DNA of 64,000 nt from the sequence record NC_055781.1; one strand, given 5' to 3'. Positions 35,023-45,484 of the stretch are shown here, one piece after another; position 1 is the stretch's first letter; each line of letters opens with the position of its first letter. Below the pieces are notes generated by a model, which was not told where the DNA came from, did no database searches, and was given only the letters and a program-made list of their open reading frames with translations. The stretch comes from Escherichia phage p000v. Both the position numbers and the translations under genes were made by a program.

Positions 35023-35316
35023 CTATTTGATAAAGACTTTTGACGAGGCCTGAGAAACAGTATCCCCGCATGAAATTGGGTCAGCCATTTGAACGGCCTT
35101 TTTACCGGTGACGTATACTTTAGATGTACGAGGTTCAGTAACACCTCCATGAGTCTCGTATGGTTTTTTAATTTCTGTATGAGGTGTTATTTGGTCTCCT
35201 GCTACAAGAACAGGAATACCGCCGGTGAACACTTTAGATTGGGAAGCATTTATTACAGTAGGAGGCCATGCTTCATGACCTGTTGTAACGCACTTGTCGT
35301 AACTTAAGCCAGACAT
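35023..35316 (-). CDS. 5.4: PAAR-repeat spike tip protein gp5.4
   Basis: Start at M19 of the track ORF gives 97 aa (T4 gp5.4 length); sits between genes 5 and 6; Gly-rich beta-type sequence. Confidence 0.75.
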   Translation of the reverse strand: MSGLSYDKCVTTGHEAWPPTVINASQSKVFTGGIPVLVAGDQITPHTEIKKPYETHGGVTEPRTSKVYVTGKKAVQMADPISCGDTVSQASSKVFIK

Positions 35317-35318
35317 TT

Positions 35319-35834
35319 TTATGGCCTCGCATAAACATAGTTTCGTAATTGTTGAGCCCATTTGCTCCAATTTCCTACTATAGTTTTTGTATAAACCTTA
35401 GTAAGAGTTTTTTGTACTGGAGCCGGTGGAGGTTCTGTACCAGAGTCACTTCTAGAGCCGCCTGATGAACTTTCTTCTTGGTAGTTATAAATCATTTCAA
35501 CCGTATAACTAAACACTTTACGAAGATTCTGAGGAGCTCTCCACAAATATAACTGTGTGGATTCATCTTTTGGTAAATCATCCCATGAAGATGCAGTTTT
35601 AAAATCATCATTTAATCGATATTTCAATGCATCCGAAGAAAAGCTAAACACACTTTCATATGTTCCATATAAATGATTACCATCAACAGTAATGCCTTGT
35701 GTCGGTTCATAATCTATTATATTTATTGACACTAAAGTTTCGGACGTTTCTAACTGTGGAGTAAAAAGGACGTCAATAGACGCCCCTTCCATGTCTTCTC
35801 CTAAGTCGGTATTTAAAGGAAGTATTTGTGCCAT
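35319..35834 (-). CDS. Conserved hypothetical protein (T4 gene 5.1 position)
   Basis: 171 aa ORF directly 3' of gene 5 on the same strand. Confidence 0.6.
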   Translation of the reverse strand: MAQILPLNTDLGEDMEGASIDVLFTPQLETSETLVSINIIDYEPTQGITVDGNHLYGTYESVFSFSSDALKYRLNDDFKTASSWDDLPKDESTQLYLWRAPQNLRKVFSYTVEMIYNYQEESSSGGSRSDSGTEPPPAPVQKTLTKVYTKTIVGNWSKWAQQLRNYVYARP

Positions 35835-35837
35835 ATA

Positions 35838-37571
35838 TTACCCAATATCAATACGAGATCCGTCAACAGTGTATTGTCCTGAAGCTACTGAGCTCATTGT
35901 AGACATCGTTTCTGCCCAATCCCCGGCAACAGTCATATCAACATTACCATTAACAGTCCATTTAACGTTTCCGTTGACGGTGTAATCATGATTCCCTTCG
36001 ACCTGAGTTTTAGCATCACCTTTAACAAGAATATCTGCATTTCCGTCAACAACTATTTTGATATTACCCTTAACGTAAAGAGTTCCATCGCCTTCAACAG
36101 TTTTAGTTTGGTTACCACGAATAAAGATTGTGTCATTGCCGTCTATTTGATGGAGGCGATCTGCCATGTTATAATATATTTCATTAGCACCAACGTTAAC
36201 AAGCTTATCACCAGAAATCAAGAAGTTCCCATCGCCATTAGTGATGTCAAAAAGGTCTTCTACAGTTTTACGAGTACGACGCCCGGATGGAGAAACTTCC
36301 TCATATGACCCTGTTGGATGAACTAAGCGATAACGTTCATTACCTGGAGTGTCATCAAATTCTTGGATATGACCACTTTCTGTTTCCATAGCATGAACAT
36401 ATGGATACTCACCACGATAACTTGATTCCGGTTCTTTAAAAAGGATGCGTGAATCTAATGGAACAGGAGGACCGGCCGGGTCTTCTGAATCGGTATTTCT
36501 AGTAACTAAATCGGCACCAACTCCTGGTGAAGGTGGTGTTTTAACAGGAACACCGTACGATTCCATGTTACCAGTTAAAATAATTGTTGTTACGCGTGAA
36601 GCACGTCCTTTAGTCTGTTGGAACCATAATGAATCACGCCCGGATTTGTATGCAGTTTTCCAATCACCTGTGGCCATTGCTTTAAGCATAGTATTGAATT
36701 TTGCTACGCCACCAACGCCCATTTGGAAGCACATGTTTTCTAATGCCATTTGACGAGACCTGTTCATTTTAGCATAAACAGGACCTACTTTGGAATTAGA
36801 ACGAATGTCTTTCTGCATCTTAGCAAGGTCTTTCTCAAATAACGCTGTTGCTTCTTCTAATGTAATAGTTCCCGGATTTCCTGTTACTTCACGCCCTACT
36901 TGATCGGATAACAATTTATTAATTCGAGACATATCTCGGGTCTTTTCCATTACGATAAGGTGTCCAATACCTACTGTAGGATATCCGAGATGGTCCCAAT
37001 ACACTTTATCACGAAGTCCTTCGTCACGACGTAACATTTCCGTTATTGTAAAATTAGGGTCATCATCTTCTGGAATATTTGCTAAATCTGTATCGTCTGG
37101 GTTTATACCATAATCCAAGTTGTTATCTTGAATTACGTTAGAGTTTGAATAATAACCGGCTTCACCACCTTGGTTTAATACGTTAGTATCATTACCTAAA
37201 CGTCGTGGATATTGGCCTGTCGGGTCTGAAAAACCTTCAAGTCTATTAGGCTTTTCACGTACGATTCCGCCGTATGTACCAAGTACAATCCCGTTTGTTT
37301 TCCATTTGTCTAAGAAATGACCATATACTCGAGTTCCTTCAACAGGACCTGTAACAGAACCACCAATACCTGACATTGATGCGGACGTAATAGGTTGAAT
37401 AACAGTCATCCATGGAAGTTTTTCTGTAGGAATACCTTGCACATCACCTTGTGCTCTCTGTGCTGGATGAAGACCAACGACTCGAACTCGAACTCGCCCT
37501 TGTTTTAATGGGTCCATTCTGTCCTCGACAACACCCACGAACCAATTAAGGCTACTGCTAATCATTTCCAT
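35838..37571 (-). CDS. 5: Baseplate hub + tail lysozyme gp5 (cell-puncturing device)
   Basis: 577 aa; OB-fold N-terminus, central T4-lysozyme-like domain (EGLRDKVYWDHLGYPTVGIGHLI...), C-terminal VxGxxxxx beta-helix repeats. Confidence 0.95.
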   Translation of the reverse strand: MEMISSSLNWFVGVVEDRMDPLKQGRVRVRVVGLHPAQRAQGDVQGIPTEKLPWMTVIQPITSASMSGIGGSVTGPVEGTRVYGHFLDKWKTNGIVLGTYGGIVREKPNRLEGFSDPTGQYPRRLGNDTNVLNQGGEAGYYSNSNVIQDNNLDYGINPDDTDLANIPEDDDPNFTITEMLRRDEGLRDKVYWDHLGYPTVGIGHLIVMEKTRDMSRINKLLSDQVGREVTGNPGTITLEEATALFEKDLAKMQKDIRSNSKVGPVYAKMNRSRQMALENMCFQMGVGGVAKFNTMLKAMATGDWKTAYKSGRDSLWFQQTKGRASRVTTIILTGNMESYGVPVKTPPSPGVGADLVTRNTDSEDPAGPPVPLDSRILFKEPESSYRGEYPYVHAMETESGHIQEFDDTPGNERYRLVHPTGSYEEVSPSGRRTRKTVEDLFDITNGDGNFLISGDKLVNVGANEIYYNMADRLHQIDGNDTIFIRGNQTKTVEGDGTLYVKGNIKIVVDGNADILVKGDAKTQVEGNHDYTVNGNVKWTVNGNVDMTVAGDWAETMSTMSSVASGQYTVDGSRIDIG

Positions 37572-38146
37572 TATGCAATCTCCATCTCACGAATCAAATC
37601 AGTAATAAACGAGTTTATATCTTCTTTTGCAACAATTTTTATTTTACGAAGTTTTTCATTATCTAATACTGCCGCTTCATAAGTATCTACTGCAGCTAAA
37701 GGTCCTTTATATTGCGGATACTTACGAGCTTCGTCACCTTTGTCATACCACACTAAAGGCTCATCCGGATATGAAACTAAATTGTAAAATTTCTCACGGT
37801 TCTCGTTAATATGGTAAAGAATTTGGTCTCCGCCAGCATTTGCATATTTCTGAATAGACGCTTGATACGCTGCTTCCTGAGATGTAATCCAACCATAATA
37901 TGGGTCATAGTTATCATTGCACATCAAAAGGACCCAGTATAATTGAGGGTTGCCATAAATTATGTTTGCTAGTTCTTCAGGACGCGGAGAGCCTTTAATA
38001 TAATAAGAACGTAATCTATAATTAGCAGCAACACGCTTAAAGTACTCTTTATAGTTACGAAATATGTCTGTCATAGGAATAGTAGGTGCATTCTTATCAA
38101 CTGTTTTAGCACTATATCCTATTGGGTCGAAGAATGTAAATAACAA
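37571..38146 (-). CDS. 53: Baseplate wedge protein gp53
   Basis: 191 aa; (M)LFTFFDPIGYSAK...; first codon at 38144-38146 reads TTG on the minus strand, with SD AAGGAG 6 nt upstream. Confidence 0.88.
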   Translation of the reverse strand: MLFTFFDPIGYSAKTVDKNAPTIPMTDIFRNYKEYFKRVAANYRLRSYYIKGSPRPEELANIIYGNPQLYWVLLMCNDNYDPYYGWITSQEAAYQASIQKYANAGGDQILYHINENREKFYNLVSYPDEPLVWYDKGDEARKYPQYKGPLAAVDTYEAAVLDNEKLRKIKIVAKEDINSFITDLIREMEIA

Positions 38147-38173
38147 AATAGTCTCCTTCCAATATGAAATTGG

Positions 38174-38181
38174 TATAAATA
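38174..38181 (+). promoter_or_regulatory. Late promoter (TATAAATA) for gene 4
   Basis: Plus-strand TATAAATA about 27 nt upstream of gp4 ATG (38208). Confidence 0.6.
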
Positions 38182-38188
38182 ATAATAC

Positions 38189-38196
38189 TATTTATA
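38189..38196 (-). promoter_or_regulatory. Late promoter (TATAAATA) for gene 53 and the baseplate operon
   Basis: Minus-strand TATAAATA about 43 nt upstream of the gp53 start. Confidence 0.6.
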
Positions 38197-38207
38197 AGGA
38201 GGACAAC

Positions 38208-38657
38208 ATGGCCTACTCTGGTAAATGGGTCCCAAAAAATTTAAAAAAATACCGTGGAGACCATACCAAAATAACGTATCGTTCAAACTGGGAAAAATTC
38301 TTTTTCGAATGGTTAGATAAAAATCCAGAAATTATTGCATGGGGCAGCGAAACGGCAGTAATTCCATATTTCTGTAACGCAGAAGGTAAAAAACGTCGAT
38401 ACTTTATGGATATATGGATGAAAGATGCATCAGGTCAAGAGTTCTTTGTAGAAATAAAACCAAAGAAAGAAACTCAACCACCTATTAAGCCTGCAAATCT
38501 TACGACCGCAGCAAAGAAACGTTATATGAATGAAATCTACGTGTGGTCTGTGAACTGCGACAAATGGAAAGCTGCGTCAGCATTAGCGGCTAAAAGAAAT
38601 ATTAAATTCAGAATTCTCACAGAAGACGGTTTACGTCGTTTAGGATATAAGGGATGA
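38208..38657 (+). CDS. 4: Head completion protein gp4
   Basis: Start at M49 of the track ORF (SD AAGGAGG, ATG 38208) gives 149 aa (T4 gp4 about 150 aa); position next to genes 53 and 2. Confidence 0.75.
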   Translation: MAYSGKWVPKNLKKYRGDHTKITYRSNWEKFFFEWLDKNPEIIAWGSETAVIPYFCNAEGKKRRYFMDIWMKDASGQEFFVEIKPKKETQPPIKPANLTTAAKKRYMNEIYVWSVNCDKWKAASALAAKRNIKFRILTEDGLRRLGYKG

Positions 38658-38658
38658 T

Positions 38659-39309
38659 ATGTATACTGTATATAAAATAACTAACATCGTAAATAATAAA
38701 ATTTATATAGGTGTTCATAAAACTAATAACCCGGATGATTCTTATAAAGGAACAGGTAAAATTATCTTAAAAGCCCATGCTAAATACGGATTAGATAATT
38801 TTGTAAAAGAAGTATTATATGTGTATGATACCGGTGACGAATTACTAAATGAAGAAATGGCTTTCCAAAAGGAAGCAGAATTAGTTGATCAATCTTTTGT
38901 GGATAGAGAAGATACATATAATATAGACCTAGGAGGAAAGGGAGGACGAGGCCGTTCTATTGATGTGCGAAAAAGAATAGGCGATTCATCCAGAGGTAGA
39001 AAATTAGGTCCTATTTCCGAAGAATCTAAAAAGAAAATGAGTTTAGCTAAGAAGGGTAAGAAATTATCCGAAGAGCATAAAGCTAAAATAGGTAAAGCAG
39101 GCCGAGGCAGGATAATGCCTAAAGAGATTAGAGACAAAATAAAAAATACTCTTACGGGACGAAATAGAACTCCTGAAGAAAAGGAAAACATGAGATTAGG
39201 ATACTTAAATACTCCTAATAAGATATGCCAATACTGCGGTATAGAATGTAAACCTGCGCCTTATAAACGTTGGCATGGTGATAATTGTAAAATGAGGAAA
39301 GTTGAATGA
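38659..39309 (+). mobile_element. Free-standing GIY-YIG homing endonuclease gene (Seg-like) inserted between genes 4 and 2
   Basis: 216 aa; N-terminal GIY-YIG module (VYKITN...KIYIGVHKT), several NUMOD3-like repeats (KKMSLAKKGKKLSEEHKAKIG..., KEIRDKIKNTLTGRNRTPEEKENM), C-terminal Cys pair; ATGA-type overlaps at both ends. Confidence 0.8.
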
Positions 39310-40127
39310 GCATATTCCAAATTATATCTGAAGGCGTACAAGCCCCTAAGATTGCTCAGTCTATTAACGAAAGAAAATGGATTAAGGTGGGATTAGAGTA
39401 CAAGAAAGCTAAAGAGAAAGGAATCACTGCAAAAGCATTTGCAGAATCAAAAGGAATAAAATACTCGACGTTTAAGTCTGCAATGTCTAAATATGCATCG
39501 GCTATTAAAACTGAACAGAAAATTGAAACACTTGAATCTAAACCTAAAAATAAACTCAATAAGCAAGAACGTCAACTTCTGATGATAAACTCGTTTCGCA
39601 GTTCAATACGAGAAAAGATTAGAAATGAAGGCGCAGCAGTAAACAACAAATCATCTAAGTGGTTTGTTGAAACAATTAAGAAAAGTGTAAAAGGTCATAA
39701 AGTAGTCAAGCCTACGCCAGGCAAAATTTATACTTACGTGTATGATGCTAAACATAAAGATACTCTGCCATACTGGGACAGATATCCTTTGATTATTTAT
39801 TTAGGATTAGGTAAACATAATTTGTTGTATGGGTTAAACTTGCACTATATCCCACCTAAAGCACGACAACAGTTTCTTGAAGAATTGCTGAAGCAATATG
39901 CTAGCACAACTACTATTACTAATAACACAAAGTTGAAGATAGACTGGAGCAAGGTGAAAGGATTTCAAGGTGCTGACAAAATGATTAAAGCATACCTGCC
40001 AGGCCACATTAGAGGAACAATAACAGAAATCGCTCCTAAAGACTGGGCTAACATAATCATGTTACCTACTCAGCAGTTTATGTCAAAAGGAAAACGTTTC
40101 TCTGCGAATACTGTTTGGAAATCTTAA
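39306..40127 (+). CDS. 2: DNA end protector protein gp2
   Basis: 273 aa (T4 gp2 274 aa); position between genes 4 and 3. Confidence 0.88.
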   Translation: MSIFQIISEGVQAPKIAQSINERKWIKVGLEYKKAKEKGITAKAFAESKGIKYSTFKSAMSKYASAIKTEQKIETLESKPKNKLNKQERQLLMINSFRSSIREKIRNEGAAVNNKSSKWFVETIKKSVKGHKVVKPTPGKIYTYVYDAKHKDTLPYWDRYPLIIYLGLGKHNLLYGLNLHYIPPKARQQFLEELLKQYASTTTITNNTKLKIDWSKVKGFQGADKMIKAYLPGHIRGTITEIAPKDWANIIMLPTQQFMSKGKRFSANTVWKS

Positions 40128-40229
40128 TTCTATTCTCTTCCGTTCTTCTGATATTCTGTTGAACCAGATTAATGGAAGAGACCTAAAACCATTATACTGC
40201 ATTTTTATTAAAGCGTTTTTGAGGTGCTT

Positions 40230-40814
40230 ATGACTCGTCCAACGAGACAGATTTTTAACCAAACAAATATAACAAACTTTGTTGTGGATATCCCGGATAG
40301 TACACGAACTTCAGGTTTTGTGCTCAATGCCCAAACGGCACCATTGCCAGGTGTGAGAATTCCTGTTGTTGAAACTGTGACAGGCACAATGGGGTTAGGA
40401 CGTGCAATGCGTGCAGGCACCACATTTGAATACGACCCTTTTGTTGTACGATTTATAGTTGATGAAGACATGACGTCCTGGATGAACATGTATAAATGGA
40501 TGCTCAGCACTAATAACTATATAACCGGACATAATACAGCCCACTCCGATGGTCCTGAGTTTGTTACTTTGCACATTTTAAATAACAATAAGACAGAAGT
40601 AGTTTTGACGGCAAATTTCTATAAACCATGGATTTCTGATTTGAGTGAAATTGAATTTAGTTACACTGAAGACTCTGACCCTGCCGTTACGTGCGTAGCA
40701 ACTATTCACTATGCGTATATGACGATAGAAAAGGATGGTGAAGTCATTGTATCTCAACAACCGCGTCAAGCGGTCGAATCTAAATCCATTTCTAGACACC
40801 CTTCCTTGCGTTAA
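40230..40814 (+). CDS. 3: Tail tube terminator / tail completion protein gp3
   Basis: ATG at M3 of the track ORF; about 194 aa; position between genes 2 and 1. Confidence 0.8.
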   Translation: MTRPTRQIFNQTNITNFVVDIPDSTRTSGFVLNAQTAPLPGVRIPVVETVTGTMGLGRAMRAGTTFEYDPFVVRFIVDEDMTSWMNMYKWMLSTNNYITGHNTAHSDGPEFVTLHILNNNKTEVVLTANFYKPWISDLSEIEFSYTEDSDPAVTCVATIHYAYMTIEKDGEVIVSQQPRQAVESKSISRHPSLR

Positions 40815-40867
40815 TCGCTTCTAGCTCCGTATGTTATAATCACTTATAAATTATATGAGGAAAACCT

Positions 40868-41602
40868 ATGGAGCTAATCTTTTTAAGTGGCATCAAACGT
40901 AGTGGTAAAGACACTACTGCTGATTACATCAATTCAAACTTTAAATCCGTAAAATACCAATTAGCATATCCAATTAAAGACGCTCTAGCAATAGCCTGGG
41001 GACGTAGGCATGCTGAAAATCCTGATGTATTCACAGAGTTGAAATACGAATACTTTGAAGGCATTGGATACGACCGTGAAACACCATTAAATCTCAATAA
41101 GTTGGATGTTATTGAATTATTGGAAGAAGCGCTAATTTATTTGCAAAGTCAATATTTACCAATTAATAATGTTAAAGTATTATCATCGTTAGAAGGTGGA
41201 TATTCATATCTAGATATTAAACCATATGAAGCCCTGCGTGAAGCTATAAATAATATCAACGACACATGGTCAATCCGCCGTCTTATGCAAGCCCTCGGTA
41301 CGGATGTTGTCGTTAATTTATTTGACCGTATGTATTGGGTTAAGCTTTTTGCATTAAACTATATGGATTATATTGGAAGTGATTTCGATTACTATGTCGT
41401 AACCGATACACGCCAAGTCCATGAAATGGAAACCGCTAGAGCGATGGGTGCCACAGTTATTCATGTGGTTCGCTCTGGTACGGAATCCACCGATAAACAT
41501 ATTACAGAAGCTGGGTTGCCTATTGAAGAAGGTGATTTAGTTATTACAAACGACGGCTCTTTAGAAGAGCTTTATTCTAAAATTGAAACAATCTTAAGGT
41601 AA
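40868..41602 (+). CDS. 1: Deoxynucleoside monophosphate kinase gp1
   Basis: 244 aa; P-loop SGIKRSGKDT; T4 gp1-like. Confidence 0.9.
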   Translation: MELIFLSGIKRSGKDTTADYINSNFKSVKYQLAYPIKDALAIAWGRRHAENPDVFTELKYEYFEGIGYDRETPLNLNKLDVIELLEEALIYLQSQYLPINNVKVLSSLEGGYSYLDIKPYEALREAINNINDTWSIRRLMQALGTDVVVNLFDRMYWVKLFALNYMDYIGSDFDYYVVTDTRQVHEMETARAMGATVIHVVRSGTESTDKHITEAGLPIEEGDLVITNDGSLEELYSKIETILR

Positions 41603-41606
41603 TAAA

Positions 41607-42292
<686 letters not shown>

Positions 42293-42304
42293 TTTCACAA
42301 AACA

Positions 42305-42368
42305 GTTTACATAAGGATGATGGTGTGTTACTATCATCCTATCAAATAAACAACCTCAAGGAAATAAA
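42305..42368 (+). promoter_or_regulatory. Early promoter + stem-loop cassette (PeSL-like) upstream of ipI-like gene
   Basis: GTTTAC (42305-42310), TGTTACTAT -10 inside the inverted repeat AGGATGATGG...CTATCATCCT, CTATCAA leader, SD AAGGAA. Confidence 0.6.
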
Positions 42369-42680
42369 ATGAAAACGTATCAAGAGTTTATCGCAGAAGC
42401 TACTAAAGCCGATAAAAATTTTATTATTAACACCACCGGTCCGTTAGATGATGAATACGCTAATGCTATTATTAAGTCAATTTCTAATCAAGGCGTTGAA
42501 GTAACAAATTTCGAATATAAGAAAAATGATACTTATATGGTAATTAGTATCAAAAAAGGTTCAAAGGCTAAAATTAAATCTGCATTTGGTGTTATGCGAG
42601 TCGACCAAATCGATAACCACGATTTTTCACAAACAGGGGTCAAACGCCAGAATACTATTTCATCTAAAGGCATAAAATAG
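42369..42680 (+). CDS. Internal protein (IPI locus) with capsid targeting sequence
   Basis: 103 aa; N-terminus MKTYQEFIAE|A matches the T4 internal-protein CTS with IxE protease site; located next to 57B as T4 ipI. Confidence 0.7.
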   Translation: MKTYQEFIAEATKADKNFIINTTGPLDDEYANAIIKSISNQGVEVTNFEYKKNDTYMVISIKKGSKAKIKSAFGVMRVDQIDNHDFSQTGVKRQNTISSKGIK

Positions 42681-42746
42681 TTTACATGCTGATAGGACTA
42701 TGTTATAGTAGTCCTATCAAAACAAATGAGTAAATGGAGAAATAAA
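42680..42746 (+). promoter_or_regulatory. Early promoter + stem-loop cassette (PeSL-like)
   Basis: GTTTAC (42680-42685), TGTTATAGT -10 inside the inverted repeat ATAGGACTA...TAGTCCTAT, leader CTATCAAAACAA, SD GGAG. Confidence 0.6.
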
Positions 42747-42932
42747 ATGAAACGCGCTGAACTGATTCGTAATGTTGCTGTAGTAATTGCTTCAATGGCT
42801 TTTAGTTTTTCGATGTTTGTAGGATTCATTTGTGGACTACTGACAACAACTGAAAATTCTATCTCATTGGTAGTAGCATTTCTAATCGGCTTAATCGCTA
42901 TCGTTATGGATAAAATTGCAAAAGGTGAGTAA
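42747..42932 (+). CDS. Small membrane protein (two predicted TM helices)
   Basis: Start at M8 of the track ORF (SD GGAGA 7 nt upstream); 61 aa; hydrophobic segments VAVVIASMAFSFSMFVGFICGLL and ISLVVAFLIGLIAIVM. Confidence 0.55.
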   Translation: MKRAELIRNVAVVIASMAFSFSMFVGFICGLLTTTENSISLVVAFLIGLIAIVMDKIAKGE

Positions 42933-43295
42933 ATGAAATATCATGTATATGCGGATTTTGAAGCAAATCCTTCTAAAGACCCTGATTGTCGTTTGATACG
43001 CAGACCATTTGATTCGGCAGCTCAAGCCTGGGCCTGGATTAAATCTAAATCGCCTGGTTATATGTTCTTTGAAGTAGTCGATGACAATGGTACACTGCAT
43101 CCGGCCCCTACAGAAACTATTAATTTCCTTCTGTTTGCTGGTTATGAATATTATCCTTATGGCGGTATTGACGACTTATACGCTAAAGGAAAAACTGTTG
43201 AGGCTCTTCGCGAAATTTATAAAAACGCTGAAGAAAATTTTGACTGGTATCATATTGTTGATGCTCACACCTTTGAAGTGGTGGAACATTCATGA
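42933..43295 (+). CDS. Hypothetical protein
   Basis: 120 aa ORF; SD GGTGAG; tight packing with neighbours. Confidence 0.55.
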   Translation: MKYHVYADFEANPSKDPDCRLIRRPFDSAAQAWAWIKSKSPGYMFFEVVDDNGTLHPAPTETINFLLFAGYEYYPYGGIDDLYAKGKTVEALREIYKNAEENFDWYHIVDAHTFEVVEHS

Positions 43296-43582
43296 TTCTT
43301 TATGCTAAAGTATCATCCGTCAAGAACGGTTATGAAAGCGACCAACGTGCAGCTAAAGCACTAGTTGATGACTACGGTATTCTGACCCTCTTTGAAGTTG
43401 AAAAGGTTTATATTGACCGTTCATCTTCACAGGTTAAATTACTCTGGGAAGACCGTAAATTTAATAGTGTGAACTTTGATTTCTTTATTGAAACAGAAAA
43501 AGGCCCTCTTGAATATGATATTTTCAAGAATCCTTTAAATCTTGAATGTATTGAGTATACTTACATTAATATGGTACGGTGA
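43292..43582 (+). CDS. Hypothetical protein
   Basis: 96 aa ORF with ATGA overlap. Confidence 0.55.
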   Translation: MILYAKVSSVKNGYESDQRAAKALVDDYGILTLFEVEKVYIDRSSSQVKLLWEDRKFNSVNFDFFIETEKGPLEYDIFKNPLNLECIEYTYINMVR

Positions 43583-43586
43583 GTAA

Positions 43587-44102
43587 ATGAATATTCGTTT
43601 AGGCAGTACAATTACTAAGGGCTACGTAATTGATGTCACTACCTATGAAAATGATGGTGACAACTATAAAACCAAAACATTGTTTGAAGTGGAAGAACAT
43701 GAGCTCCAACAGTTTAAATATCTCTTGAAGAAATTTAAGAGCCGTCATTCTAGCACCAAAGCCGAACGCTATTGCGGTAATACACCATTCAGTGATTGCT
43801 CGCTTATTATCTACGAATATCTGGTTGAAGGACTGTTCTCAGACCAACTCCAACCGGAATTTATTAAAAAGGTCTTTGGTATCGAAGTAGACCTTGGTGA
43901 TAAATCTGAAGAAGACGAAGCCCGCGTATTCGACCTGTTCTTTGTGAAAGGCGATGAGATATCTCAAGGACTTATTGATATTCTTGGCTATGCTTCTGAA
44001 TACTATGATTACGATTTCTTGCGTGTAGTTGAACGTGTCGAATTTGCTTATATTGAAAAAGAAATTGTTTTGCCAACAGTTAAAATGGTTGATTTGCTTT
44101 AA
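43587..44102 (+). CDS. Hypothetical protein
   Basis: 171 aa ORF; SD GGTGAG identical in context to the 42933 start. Confidence 0.55.
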   Translation: MNIRLGSTITKGYVIDVTTYENDGDNYKTKTLFEVEEHELQQFKYLLKKFKSRHSSTKAERYCGNTPFSDCSLIIYEYLVEGLFSDQLQPEFIKKVFGIEVDLGDKSEEDEARVFDLFFVKGDEISQGLIDILGYASEYYDYDFLRVVERVEFAYIEKEIVLPTVKMVDLL

Positions 44103-44181
44103 GAATTATGTGTTATTATTAATTCATACCCTCTATTACCAAAGGTGCTCTAAAGTGCCTTTCATAATAGAAAGTTATTAA

Positions 44182-44253
44182 GGCCCTGTAGCTCAATGGG
44201 AGAGCTGTCAGCTCATAACTGATAGGTAGCTGGATCGAAACCAGCCAGGGCCA
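44182..44253 (+). tRNA. tRNA with anticodon CAU (Met, or Ile if C34 is modified)
   Basis: Cloverleaf folded by hand: acceptor GGCCCTG/CAGGGCC (7 bp), D-stem GCTC/GAGC, anticodon stem GTCAG/CTGAT with loop CTCATAA (anticodon CAT at 44214-44216), 5-nt variable loop, T-stem GCTGG/CCAGC with loop ATCGAAA, discriminator A. No encoded CCA. Confidence 0.8.
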
Positions 44254-44294
44254 TATTTTGGGAACATAAATACTCTTAGAAATAGGAGATATTT

Positions 44295-44963
44295 ATGTTC
44301 CATTACACTTATAAAATAACAAATAAAATTAATAATAAAATCTATATAGGCGCTCATTCTACCGAAAATTTAGATGATGGATATATGGGTTCTGGTAAAT
44401 TATTAAAAAGAGCCCAAGACAAGTATGGTATAGAAAATTTTAATAAAGAAATTTTAGAATTCTTTGACACTAAAGAGCAGATGTTTGAAGCCGAGAAAAA
44501 TATCGTAAACGAAGAATTTTTGAATCGTTCTGACGTATATAATTTAAAACTTGGTGGCGAAGGTGGTTGGGACCATTTAAATACTTACGAATTTAATTAT
44601 AAAAAGAAAGAAGCCTCTATTAAAGGAGCCAAAGCTTTTAAAGAGAGATTTGATTCTGATGAAGTGCTTCAAGAAAAATATCGTAAAATGGGTTCAGAGA
44701 AATTAAAGCATCTGTGGACTTTACCTGAATACAGAGAAAAATTCTCTAGCACTAAGTCGTTTTTAAATAAAAATCATACTTCCGAAACTATTGCTAAAAT
44801 GAAAGATACCCACGCCAGGAACAAACACCAACAAGGCGAGAAAAATTCCCAGTTTGGTACTATGTGGATTCATTCATTAGAAGAAAAGAAATCTAAGAAA
44901 ATTAAGAAAACCGATCCTATTCCGGAAGGTTGGATTAAAGGCTATAAACTAAAATTTAAGTGA
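44295..44963 (+). mobile_element. GIY-YIG homing endonuclease gene, SegB-like (adjacent to tRNA)
   Basis: 222 aa (T4 SegB 221 aa); N-terminal GIY-YIG module YTYKITNKINNKIYIGAHST; basic C-terminal DNA-binding region; located beside the tRNA gene as T4 segB. Confidence 0.75.
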
Positions 44964-44970
44964 GGAAAAT

Positions 44971-45316
44971 ATGAAAGGTAATATTTATCTGGTAGTTCAT
45001 GATTTAACGTTTTATTTTAACGAACAGGATACAGTTATTTCGCGACCGGTTGATTAATTCATTATATCAACACGCTGATTACGTTTATTTCCAAAATGAA
45101 TTTGGCCATTGGAAGTTCCTTAAAAATCGTTCCGGGTTAACTAGTTTTGAATACTTTGACCGTAAAGACCTTTTAAACGAAATTCCATTGCAACATCGGT
45201 TCCAGAAACGCGAATCATTATATTATTGCCGTCATATACCAAACGCAGAATGTGCCAATGAAGCGATTAATCTATGGCGTAGACGTAGAGAACAAATTGA
45301 TGATATGCCAAAATAA
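44971..45316 (+). pseudogene. Possible frameshift-split gene (28-codon ATG ORF followed by an 88-codon ORF lacking an ATG start)
   Basis: ATG 44971 with SD GAGGAAAAT opens a 28-codon ORF ending at 45057; the 45050-45316 track ORF is in another frame and has only a TTG start with no internal Met until the last residues. Confidence 0.3.
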
Positions 45317-45484
45317 GAAGCCGGGTCGCTACCGGCAAGACGTCGGACTGATGTTCCCTGGGTAAGGACTGGTCTTAATAAATCTTTACGATTTGTTAAT
45401 ATCCCCTTACATCACAGCAGAAACGGCGCGCAGAATTATCGATTCGAGGAAATATCTTTGCCGTAAGCCGAGTAGCGTTTTTGA

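Noticed and set aside
38064-38207. N-terminal extension of gene 4 back to 38064
   Set aside because: It would overlap the gp53 coding region and both divergent late promoters; the ATG at 38208 has a strong SD and yields the expected roughly 150-aa protein.
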